NCBI GenBank assembly: GCA_964016885.1
Contig: OZ024741.1
Location: 191,642,001-191,706,000 of the forward strand
Reading direction: 5' to 3'
Length of the DNA stretch: 64,000 nucleotides
From: Eledone cirrhosa
Taxonomy: Eukaryota
Both the position numbers and the translations under genes were made by a program. Under the pieces are notes generated by a model. The model was not told where the DNA came from. It did not search any database and worked only from the letters and a program-made list of their open reading frames with translations. Positions 25,641-37,404 of this stretch are shown in pieces. Position 1 is the stretch's first letter. Each line of letters begins with the position of its first letter.

Positions 25641-26134
25641 TAACAGACTTAAGAGTCCTCTCCACCCATATCAGTTTTTTGTTTGAGGTATTTACTTTCC
25701 TAGATGGGTTGCCTACATTAGGGCTTACGGATTCCACATCTGCCCCATGCAGTCGTTATTTATTGGAGTCACTGCCCTCCTAGACGTGTGCCATCACTAG
25801 GGCTTGCGGAGTCCACATCTGTCACGTAGTCTTTTCTAACTTTGATGATATAACAGGGTAGATGAAGAAAGCAACAGGCAGGATGGCTGAGGAAGATGGG
25901 GAAAGGGGGTTCAGGGTAATGTCAGCTAAAACAGCTAATCGGAAGATTGTGGATAGGAAGCGCCTGCAGACTTTTTCGACCCTGATATATGTGAGGTAAA
26001 GCGAAGTTAGTAAGTGTTGTTAGAGATGAAATAACACGGCAAAATAAGTGGTTTCGTTTAAATATAAAATTTACTTAACTTCAGTGAATAAAAGAACAAA
26101 GAATATGATTACTACAAATCACAAAGGTTGGCAA

Positions 26135-29100
26135 TGGTTTTGTTATTTTTCGTTCTGCTGAAATAGAGAGTGGCAAACTACCGTTCGTTAGTAGTATCAG
26201 CAAGGTAGTAGTCAAAAGCCCAGTGACAAGGGAAGGTGACGTTTTCTTTTGGTGATAGAAAATTCTCTCTGTCTCAGGATTCCAGGACTATTTATATTGA
26301 CCTATGGCCTCTCGCTTTCTTCTCCTTCCCAGCATTCGGATTCTTTATGTGTTTTCCTCTAAGTGGAGTTGAAGGTCGATTTTTATTGGCCATGTCAGTG
26401 AGAGGAACCGCGGGAACATTTCTTTCACTATATTTGTTCCCTGCCCAGATCGAAACGGGAGTAATGATCGATAATTGAAAAGTTAGCGAAAGAGAGAACC
26501 AATGACCTCATACCAAAAACTGTCACATTTTTTCTAGAAAGAGAAGAAAAAAAACGTAAAAATGATAAAATGAAATGAAAATGAACAAATTATAGATGAG
26601 ATGAGGAATGTTACTTGACGTATTGGCAATAGGAAGATGGCCAGTACACACGTCGGCCGGATCTAGTGCTTGTTGTTGGCATAGAGTTCGGATTGCCGGT
26701 GAATGGGAGCTCTGGTGTTGGGTTAACTTGGTCTGATGATTGGGGTTCATCCAAATCCACATGAGCTTTTTTTAGCTGGTCAACATTGACAGCATCCCTC
26801 CTTCCATTAATGTCCAAAATGAAACGCTTGGTTGTCGTTTTGAGTACTTGGTAGGGCCCCGAGTATGGTGGGGGCAAAGGAACTCTGATAGTGTCCTTTC
26901 TGACAAAAAACGTGTGCCAATTGCTGTATGTCAGATGGAACTTGAGTAGTGATGCTTTGAGGGCGAGGGGCAACGGATGGCAGGTTTTCCATGTAGGTCC
27001 GCTGGCGATAGATATAATTCATAAGATCCACAGGGTGTTGAGACTCAGGGGCAATCATTTGTCCGGGTAATACCAATGTCGTGCCATAAACCAGCTCAGT
27101 TGGCGTAAAACAAAGTCCTTCTTTTATGGTGGAGTAAATTCAAAGAAGGATAAGGGGTAAGATCTCCAACCAGTTGCGGTTGTTGACATAGGCTCTGAGA
27201 GCCGATTTTAATTGCCGATGGAAATGTTCCACTATACTGTTAGCTGCAGGGTGATAAGCTGTTGTACATGTTCGGCTACAACCTAGGAGAAGTGTCAATT
27301 CTTTAAAAAGGTTTGATTTGAACTAGCTACCTCTCTACCTTGCGGTGATAAAAGGTGTGCCATAATGCGAAATCCAATGCTGTACTAGCACCTTGGCAAT
27401 CATTTTAGCTGTGGTGTCGGAAAGAGAAATAGCCTCAGGCCACCAGGAGAAACTGTCCACACAGTCAAAAGGTCAAAAGGTGAGTGCAACCCTAAGAAGG
27501 AGGCAGTGGTCCGACGGTGTCGATGTGTACGTGTTGGAAATGTGCATCTGGTGTTGCGAAGGTTCCCAGAGGAGTTCTGACATGATGGTGAATTTTTGCC
27601 TTCTGACACTGGACGCAATGTCTGGTCCATTCCCTGACATCCTTGTTCACACCATCCCATACAAACTGGGCTCTTATTAACTTCAGGGTATAGTTGGCAC
27701 CAGGATGCGATAGGTTGTGTAGCACAGAAAAAACCCAAATGTTGATGCCGTAGCGGTACATAAGGGCGCACATGACCCGTACACACATCACACCAAATAC
27801 CACCAGAAGAAAAAGGTAGAGGGAGGAGTTTGAAAGACAAGGGAGAAGAAGATGAAGAATTTCGGAGTTTGAGGAGCTCCCAATATGTCTGTTGAGCTGC
27901 AGCAATGTCTCGAAGGCTGATGGAAAAAGAGGTGTGCAGTGCACCTAAGTGTGGGCAAGAAAGGGCGTCGGATGCAGAGATGTTTGAACCTTTAATGCGG
28001 TGAATATCAGTAGTATGCTGGGATATAAAATCCAGTTGGCGCACTTCTCTAGGCGAGTTGGGTTAGGCTTGAAATATAAAGCATACGTGAGAGGTTTATG
28101 GTCCGTGTAAATTAGAAAACACAGAACCTTGTAACATATGTCAGAAATGTTTCACATTGCCCAAAGTTCCCGACTGAATGTACTGTACTTTGTTTCGGCT
28201 GGTTTGAGTCATCTAGAGAAGAAAGAAATTGGCTGCCATGCATCGTCTACGCATTGTTGGAGGACGCCACCAACCCCGACATCCGATGCATCGACGAACA
28301 AACAAAGTGGTGCATCAGGTTTGGGATGAACCAATATTGTGGCCTCTGCTAAGGCCCGTTTGACTCTAAGAAAAGTATCCGCTTATGCATCATCGAAAAT
28401 GATAAGCTGGTTCTTCCATTTGCACTGCCGGAGGATGTCTGTTAGGGGCTGGAGAAATTCTGCACAGCGAGGAATGAACCGGCGCTAAAAGTTTATGAGG
28501 CCAAGGTACTCACATACTTTCCTCGGGGACGTAGGAGTGGGAAAATCTAAAATAGACTTAACTTTGTCGTGAAGGGGGCGGATTCCTTGTTCGTCGATGT
28601 GGTGTCCAAGAAAATCAAGGGAAGAAACACCGAAAAGGCATTTGCTGGGGTTGATGATTTCACCAAAAAGCGAAAAACGCTCAAAGTGCAGTTGTAGGTG
28701 CCTTTCATGTCCCTCATAGGATGTGCTGGCTACCAGCATATCATAAATATACGCGTAGACGAAGGGTAAACCACGTACTACTGTGTTGATGAAACGCTAG
28801 AAGGTCGATGCAGCAATGCGTAAACCGAATGGCATTCTAAGAAACTTGAAGAGGCCGAAAAGAGTTGTAATGGCCATTTTCAGAATGTCATCCAGTTCAA
28901 CAGGAATCTGGTTGTACACCCGCACGAGGTCGATTTTCGAAAAGAGCCTAGCTCCATGTAGGGTAGCAGAAAAATCCTATATGTGAGGTACCAGGTACCT
29001 ATCAGGTTTGGTGCGTGTGTTAAGAAACCGATAGTTGCCACATGGTCGCCAGTCACCAACTGCTACTGGATGGATGAACAATGCCCAGTTCTAGCTTATG

Positions 29101-29480
29101 ATCAAACTCTGCTTTAGCGATCTTAGCGCGGTCACGAGCGAATCGCCGTGGTTTAGAAGAAATGTTTTTGTTCTTTTTTCGTTATGATGAAATAGAGAGT
29201 GGCTAGCTATCATTCGTTAGTAGCATCAGCAAGGTAGCAGTCAAAAGTCCAGTGACAAGAGTAGGTGATGTCTTATTTTGGTGATAGAAAATTCTCTCTG
29301 TCCCCTGATTTCAGGACAGATTATTTATATTGACCTATGGCTTCTCGCTATCTTCTCCTTCCTTGGCACTGTTAAACCTAGCATCTGGAGAATTTATGTA
29401 TTTTCCTCTAAGTGGGGTCAAAGGTCGATTTTTATCGGTCATGTCAGTGAGAGGAACCGCGGGAACATTGCTTTTGCTAC
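26135..29480 (-). mobile_element. Ty3/gypsy LTR retrotransposon remnant (RT, RNase H, integrase) between diverged LTR-like direct repeats
   Basis: RT motifs RMPFGLR and FLGHHI, RNase H DAS, integrase H..H..C..C and HVHID.VGPLP, and GPY motif. Direct repeats at ~26135-26425 and ~29165-29480. Confidence 0.85.
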
Positions 29481-29944
29481 GTATATATATATATATGTAT
29501 AAGTTGACAACACTAGCATGGGTTTCACGGCTAGTACCGGTTGCATCTCAGCATACTCAATAGGTAATGTTATGTAAAATCCCTGAGTAGACACATAGTT
29601 ATTCGCTTCAATATAACACACGTAAATGGGTACCTTCAATCTATACCCGTACTCGAGTTTCGGCCACATTTAATGCAGCAATAGAGTGCGCAGCATCCAC
29701 TGTCTGCATATATTATGCAATAATGCACAATCGGCGCATGTGGCTTCAACAGCGGGTTTCGCCTAATTAATGCACAATCGGTGCATGTGGCTTCATCAGC
29801 GGATTTCGCCTAATCAATAACCAATCGATCGACAGAATTCGATTCCAGTCCGTGTCGGCTATGAGAGTGAATGTGACGGTCAACATAGTAAATCATTAGC
29901 AACTGAAATCCCTACGCGTCATCACAATGCCGTCAACCAATTGG

Positions 29945-32900
29945 CTATTGGTTCAGAAATTTACGTGACAGTAGGAGACAAAATTCAAATAGTTCCGCTC
30001 CCGCCATAATCGGTTTACCCTTTTTCAACCTCAAAATATGTGGGGGAAATCCGGGTATTTGAAATGAATTCAGATACTCAGTCGGAACATCCATATTGTT
30101 CTGCTGATTAGGCTCCATTGCATCCGCACTGACGGTCAACCATTCCTCTCCATGAAACATTCCGGCCTCTTGGGAATTTATTTCATCGACCGTTGCATTC
30201 GTATGAGTTAGAATAACGCGTTCCGATATCCAGGAGATATTCTGCCAAAAAGCATTCAAATTAGGGAACACCCAGTCAATCAATTCTTGGCAGTCCAGTG
30301 GCATGACCAAATGGTCTGGGATTCTTACAGTCTGATTATCACCAACGTGTGGCAATTCATCGTTTCCCAACTGCATCAACCATCGGCCGTATGTCTCAGC
30401 CTCTTCGTTTTGCCCGGACATACGAAGTCGCATATTATCATGTAATCGCAAAACTCTGAAATGACGCCACAACGGGGACTTTTTCAGACATGCATCGACA
30501 ATTTGCGCTCTTTGAGCATTCCTAACAATTGGTAACACCTGTCTGAAATAGCCACCAAGAACGATAGTCTTACCACCGAATGGCAGGTCACTACCGCAGA
30601 TATCTCTCAAAGTTCTGTCCAATGCCTCCATCAAATATATGTGTGCCATTGGAGCCTCGTCCCAAATAATCAGAGACATATTGCGTATAAGACCCGCGAG
30701 TTCACTTTTTCCTGTAATGTTACAGACACTCAACTCATCCGTAGCCAATGGAGCCTTGAAGCATCAGTGGTAGGTCCTTCCACCACTCAGCAAAGTGGCG
30801 ATCCAACTGGTGGCCACAGGATGAGCAATCTTCCTCTGAGCCCTGACTGCCGATAACATAGTGTTGAAACAGAATGTCTTTCCGGTGCCTCCTGGAGCAT
30901 CTATGACAGCACAAAGTTGCTCATTAGTGGAAATCGAATGGAGAACGCCATCGACCAATTCTCTTTGAGATTGGGTCAACATTGGCATACGTTCATCCAC
31001 AATACATTGCTGTTACAGTGGATGAAACTGTAATAGTTCCCTCCTATCGAGTGGCAACCGTCTAAGCTGCAATCTCATGTTCAATGCTAAGACACGTTGC
31101 CGCATTTCTTCATCAGGAATTGGCAAATTGAAATCTCTTAAACATTTGAAATGAACTTCAAGCAGTTGCTCAATATTGAGCAAAACAATAGCTTTCATCA
31201 AATTTTCAAACCCGTCCAATAGTCATGAATCTCAACTTTTGTTTTCTATCATTCCATTTCTTTCCCTTCTTATCCCACGTATAGTGCGAAAGGAAATCGC
31301 AGTAGAGTTGCCTTTGATCCGGGTTGAAAGCATGTTCCCTATTATGCTTGAACCACTCAGTGAAGGAGGTAGTGCGTTAACAATTCTTTCGACACCTCTT
31401 CTAGTGTCCTGAAAACAGACCATTTTCCTATTCTCTAAGTTAACCGTCAGTTTCTGAACGCTGGGTTTGCGTTCATTGGGATAAAAATCGAACAATCTCC
31501 AGCAAGCTTCGCTAGATTCAATCGAGCGAACTTCCTGCAACCTGCCAACTTCATCTCCTTGGTTTGCTTCCTCATTCCTGACATTGATCATTGCCCGATC
31601 ATGACCTTTGTAAACATATTTGAATAGATATTTGCAAGCTTTCACTGAGCTACACATTTCCACATTAATATGACAACGATATTTCATAATCAAATATGGA
31701 TTGTATGGCACAACCCATTGATTTGTAACCTGTCGACCTTTTACATTTTCGACCAAACCGCCATCTGCAGGCGACCGTCTTCTGTATGAGGGATGAGCAT
31801 CCCCATCGTTCCAGGAAGTGTTCGTGACAAAAGATTTCGGAAAGTGCTTACTGCATTGGCCATTTTTCGTGCAAGGCGCTTTCCGATTTGCCACTCCGCA
31901 TTGGTTGTGCACCATTGACTTTGCCACCAAATTGCGTAGTGCCTCATTCTCCGGCAGTTCAGCACACACAATGCTGTCGACATCCTCAGCACATCTCAAT
32001 TTGCAATCTCTATGTAAAATGATCAGCAAATGTGCATGTGGCAATCCTCTTTTTTGGGAATTCAATTACGTATGTAAAAGCAACTATACTTCCAAAGATT
32101 CCCTCTTTTTCCACATCATCCATGATCTTTTTCAGATATCCTTTGAATACTCTTGCCACAATATCAGGACGGTCCTTTGGCTGTTGTCCTGGAAAAAGTG
32201 CATCCTTAATATCAGTCCATTCAGGATTGCATGTAACTGTTATAAACAAATCTGGCTTTCCAAACTTTCTGACAATAGCCATTGCATCCTGATAGCGAAT
32301 GTTCATATATCTCGGGCCGCCGATGAACGACGATGGCAAAATGATGCGTCGACCAATTTGCTTGTAAATGGCATAATCGGCTGTTATCGCATCCTGTATA
32401 TTATTATACAATTCAGCTCTGAAATGTTTCTGATGTGTAGCTATATAATTTAGCCTTTGATATTCGGTCTCTGCGAATGCCATACAACAGTATTCCTGGA
32501 ACAATCTGCTGGCTTGAAATAGCGCATTTCTCTGTTGATTCCTCTCGTTCAAATGGAACGCGTAAAAGTCGCGAATCGAATTATTGTGTCTATTACCACC
32601 TCCCTGTTGATGCTGATTCTCATGATCATCTAAATCACAGGTTCTCAACCCATTTAGGCCAAACGCCCCCTTTTGTCCCTCAAAATCACGACCCCCCCCC
32701 CTATTTTTTCCATTTTTCAATATACTACTGATTTTTATATCAGTAGATTACTAAAAAATTGATTAACAATATTCCAAAGATGTGTGTATTATCTGATTAT
32801 GTGTTGTATGTGGTCCTAGATGTGTGTGCTACTCGCTTCTGTTTTTTCTTTTCTTTTTTTTTTATTTGTAATATTATTTATACAATAGGGAATAAAATAG

Positions 32901-34520
32901 ATCTATATAGTGTTAACTCGTTGCGGTTGAGTCACTAATTTCAGACATGAAATACATTGTTATCGGTGAAGGAAAAATAAGATTCTAACTGGCTGCGCTC
33001 AAAGTGTCTTTGACCCAGTTGACTGTGGGTTTTTCCATTTTTAGGATCTCAATTACCGGTTAACGTCTCAATTACCGGACATGCCTGCACACCTGCTCAC
33101 AGCGGCGGTCAGACTATAGTTATGCTGTCTGCAAGCTCATTCAAATACATTCACACTGGCTGTCTCAAAGACATACAAATATGGCTTATAAAACTTACCA
33201 AAATAAAGAGCCTTCCAGCACCTCCCTAACCCAGCTCCAAACGCCCCCCCCCCCTAACGTGACCTTGCTCCCAAACGCCCCTCTGGAGTCCCGAAACGCC
33301 CCCCGGGGGTGAATATGCTCCCCGTTGAGAATCTTTGATCTAAATGAACAGACATGTTCCATCCATTTTCACCTTTTGGGAATAAAAAAAGCATAATGCA
33401 ATGGATCGTATACTCTATTTGACTCATTAATAATCTTGAGACCACCATCTCTGCGATTGAGGACGATATCTCTCGATCCAGGCTTATCGTCCATCAACAC
33501 AGCAACTTCACAAAATCCTTCAGGAGCATTATATCGCCGTTCGTGTTGATTCCTTGGCACTGCGTCAGCCTTAATCATCAATGCTAGCTGCTGAACATTT
33601 TGCAGTTCAGCCACCAACATGAAATCCATAACATCAGGATTACACTGTCTAAGCCATGATTGCAAATCACGGATCAAATCACTTAACCTTTGCCGTTCAA
33701 GTTCAGTTATATTTCCCGGCAACTTCATCCAACCGATCCTGATATCCTCCTCCGATTCACTATAATCTGGATCGTTAACGTAAATTTGAGCGAATCGAGG
33801 CCTCTCTCCTGGGATAACTTCTAAATTACCGATACAATGATACAAACGGCCTTGAATGACTACATTCGGTTGCCATGCTCCACTCTCAAACATCTCACTA
33901 ACTCTCTGCGATGCTAAAGCTAATGAATTGTTAATTTGCCGCGAATATTTGCGTAGTAATCTACCTCAGTCTCCTTGATCACCCCACATACTTAGTATTT
34001 TAAACTCCGTGGTCCACGTCTTTTCGTGCCTCCAAAGCAAATGCTCCACAATGTGGACACTCTGCTCGTCCACCAATCTGAAAATTACATGGTTGCCATG
34101 ATCCATTTTTAATATCATCCGTTCGCCCTCTAGCCTCTTTACTGGAATGAGGAGCACTTTGGCGACACATTCTCTGAACTTCTGTATTGCGCTAGCGTTG
34201 TTCAGCCAGCTCCTCTTCATCCATCGCAGCACGCCGTTGCTGCTGAATTCCGGCCATCTGCTGATGATGCTCAGCCAGTTCGTCTTCAACCATCGCAGCA
34301 CGCCGTCGCTGCTTGGCTCCAGTGTTTCGTTGGCCTTGTTCAGCCAGCTCCTCTTCATTCACGGCGGCACGTCTTCGCCTCTGAAGTTCGGCGTTCCGAT
34401 GGCGCTGTTCGGCCCGTTTTTCTTCATTGCTGGCTGCACGCCGTCGCCGCTGTAGTTCACTGTTTGATAAAGTCGAATTGCTTTTATTATCAGTATTCAT
34501 TTCGAGCATTTGTCAAAAAA
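29945..34520 (-). mobile_element. Helitron RepHel, frameshifted
   Basis: ILPSSFIGGPRYM..YQDAMAIV..FGKPDLFIT.TCNPEW, QKRGLPHAH, DAPGGTGKT and IIWDEAPM motifs; N-terminal coiled-coil ORF 34192-34509. Confidence 0.92.
32636..33337. mobile_element. Non-autonomous hAT (Charlie-type) element nested in the Helitron
   Basis: TIRs CACAGGTTCTCAAC / GTTGAGAATCTTTG and an 8-bp TSD ATCTAAAT (32628-32635 and 33338-33345). Confidence 0.88.
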
Positions 34521-35199
34521 TGACACAATAATAAATATAAAAGATGTCCGTCAATGTAAAGAAAGGTCCTTATTTACTCCCTTCACAACTCTGTGTATGT
34601 TAGACTGACAGACAGGCACACAGACAGATAAACTGCGTGGCGATTGTGGGACGCCACACACATACACGCATGGAAACGCGCACACGCACGCACGCACACA
34701 TAAACATACGCGCACGTACATACACACGCACACATGTTAATAGTTATTGAACACAGCGTTCACACTCTCCCCTCTCACTCCCTCATTGGCATTATGCATA
34801 TTAATTTCAGTTTGGCGTCGTTGAGGTGGGCGGAGTCGTTTGAAACCTATGAACCAATGGTAATCGAGAATTATGACACACGGAATACTGACATTGCTGA
34901 AATTAATATATAGATATGTGTGTAGGCGTTCTTTAACTTTTCCTCTCCCTAAAGTTAACGATATATATATTACAAACAAACATATATATATGTCTCTAAC
35001 TTAAGAACGGTGATTCACACACACACACATGTCCCTAATTTAAGAACGCCGACACACATTCACACACATGCAGGCATACACTCATAGTGCCATTACGACT
35101 TTTGTGAAAGAGAGAGAGAAAGAGAAATAACGTTAAGGAAGCGGGGGTTAAGAAGTGTGTAAAAAATGAATAATGAACGCTGCTATCATTTTTTCTTTT

Positions 35200-35835
35200 C
35201 TTTTTTTCTCTCTCCTAATCCTCCTCTCTCTCTTTCTTTGGTTCTCTTTCTCTCTCTCTCAACCCCCTTTCTCGTTCATCCCCTCTCTCTATTTCTCTCT
35301 CATCTCCTCCCTCTCTTTCGCTCTCATTCCCTCTCTCTCTCTTTCTCTCTCATTCCCTCTCTCTCTTTCTCTCTCATTCCCTCTCTCTCTTTCTCTCTCA
35401 TTCCCTCTCTCTCTCATTTCCTCTCTCTCTTTCTCTCTCATTCCCGCTCTCTCTTTCTCTCTCATTCCCTTTCTCTCTTTCTCTCTCATTTCCTCTCTCT
35501 CTTTCTCTCTCATTCCCTTTCTCTCTTTCTCTCTCATTTCCTCTCTCTCTTTCTCTCTCATTCCCTTTCTCTCTTTCTCTCTCATTTCCTCTCTCTCTTT
35601 CTCTCTCATTCCCTTTCTCTCTTTCTCTCTCATTTCCTCTCTCTCTTTCTCTCTCATTCCCTTTCTCTCTTTCTCTCTCATTTCCTCTCTCTCTTTCTCT
35701 CTCATTCCCTTTCTCTCTTTCTCTCTCATTTCCTCTCTCTCTTTCTCTCTCATTCCCTTTCTCTCTTTCTCTCTCATTCCCTCTCTCTCTATTTCTCATC
35801 TCCTCCCTCTCTTTCGCTCTCATTTCCTCTCTCTT
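35200..35835. repeat. CT-rich minisatellite with a ~42-bp period
   Basis: (ctctctctttctctctcattccctttctctctttctctctcatttc)-like units. Confidence 0.95.
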
Positions 35836-36054
35836 TATAGTATAGAGAACAAAAAAAAAATGGATGATTTCTCTCGCTATTCATAAAAAAATAAGATAAA
35901 TTGAATTTAAATGAATTCCTTGCTTTGCAAAGTAAAACTATTTTTACCATTACCTGTGTCTAGTGAATATGCATATGTAATCTTGAGGCTGCTAGTTTTA
36001 GGAGGGGACACACAGAATCGAAAACTTGCACTTACATATATACTAGCCCCGCAG

Positions 36055-36590
36055 TGCCATACTGCGGCTCCCTAGTTTCAAAGTGCCATATTGTCCCACA
36101 CTATCTACCCATTGCTATACTGTGACATCCTAGTTCCATATTTCCATATTGTGTCACACAAACTTTCCAGTACCACAGTGTGCCACCCTAGCTCTGCAGT
36201 GCCATAGTGCGGCACCTTAGCTTCAAAATGCCATATTTTTCCAAACTATCTTTCCATTGCCATGGGTGTCACCCGAGCTCCATATTTCCAAACTTTGTCA
36301 CTGAAGCTCCGCTGTTCCATAGTGTGCCACACCATTGCCATACTGCAACATCCTAGTTCCATTTTTCCATAAGGTGTCACTCAAGCTTCCCAGTGCCATA
36401 ATGTGCCACCCTAGCACCAGAGTACCATAGTGTGACACCGTAGCTTTGACGTGCTGTATTTTGTCACCCTATCTATCAGTGCCATACTGCTTCACCCTAG
36501 CCACCCTAACTCTGCAGTGCCATAGTGCGGCACCTTATCTCCCATTGCCACATTTTACCATCCTATGTTCCCAGTGCCATACTGTCCCTT
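36055..36590. repeat. Degenerate 29-bp minisatellite
   Basis: Successive 29-mers begin with tgccata variants (tgccatactgcggctccctagtttcaaag, tgccatattgtcccacactatctacccat, ...). Confidence 0.85.
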
Positions 36591-36605
36591 AACAGAATCT
36601 TAAGA

Positions 36606-36760
36606 CGATGATGATGATTATGATGATGATGTTGTGGATGATGACAAAGATGATGCTGATGATGGTGATGATGATGATGATGATGATGATGATGACGATG
36701 ATGATGGTGAAAATGCTGACAATGATAATGACAATGATGATGATGACGATGATGATAATC
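36606..36760. repeat. (GAT)n microsatellite
   Basis: Directly visible. Confidence 0.95.
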
Positions 36761-36858
36761 ATTTACTCACCAGTTCATTCTCCTTTGAAGACACATACAC
36801 TCACGGAGAGCATAGTTTTTACACCATCTCCTTCCTCCCTTTTACACACACATACATT

Positions 36859-36910
<52 letters not shown>

Positions 36911-37138
36911 CTCAGACAGAGCTTTGTGCAAAAGTTGAAATGCTGTTCGATATTTTTTCGCTGTAGAATTTTCACCATCCTCCACGCTAACATGGGTTAG
37001 ACGGTTTTGTTCCATTTGATGTGGGAATGGTCGGGAAACTGTATCTCGCTTGTACGGAAGTGTCTGTGGCAGTGTAGGTAGTACAGTGAAATACTGGTGT
37101 TGGTACCAAAGGATGCACTCTTTGCACAGGCAGAGAGT

Positions 37139-37403
37139 ATATAATAGAAAAAATGAGGAAGTTTCATTTACATATGAAAATATTTATTGTGTATTGACCT
37201 GTTATGTGTGTTTCACAGAGGATTGGCTCAAAATATATCTTTTGTCGCATCACCAGTCTGAGGAGCAGATTGACGTTGGATTCAGGTCCATAATTCCTAT
37301 GGGTCACCTTGAGCCAATCCTCTGCGAAACGCATGTAACAGGTCTATACGCAATGAATATTTTTCATATGTAAACGAAACTTCCTCACTTTTTTCTATTA
37401 TAT
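37139..37403. repeat. Inverted repeat, family D (arms ~37139-37231 and ~37309-37403)
   Basis: atataatagaaaaaatgaggaagtttc...gaggattggctcaa is the reverse complement of ttgagccaatcctc...gaaacttcctcacttttttctattatat. Confidence 0.9.
37253..37342 (+). ncRNA. Hammerhead ribozyme motif, type I, family D
   Basis: ccagt-CTGAGGA(37258-37264)-gcaga...tctgc-GAAA(37326-37329)-cgcat-GTA-acagg. Stem II is extended (ttggattcagg/ccttgagccaa and ccata/tatgg). Confidence 0.75.
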
Positions 37404-37404
37404 C

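Noticed and set aside
35166-35886. Long ORFs of 141-237 aa on both strands
   Set aside because: These are translations of a CT minisatellite.
36055-36590. Regularly spaced repeats resembling a CRISPR array
   Set aside because: The repeats are contiguous degenerate monomers with no unique spacers; the context is eukaryotic and has no cas genes.
36608-37000. Poly-Met and poly-Asp ORFs
   Set aside because: These are translations of (GAT)n and (CA)n microsatellites.
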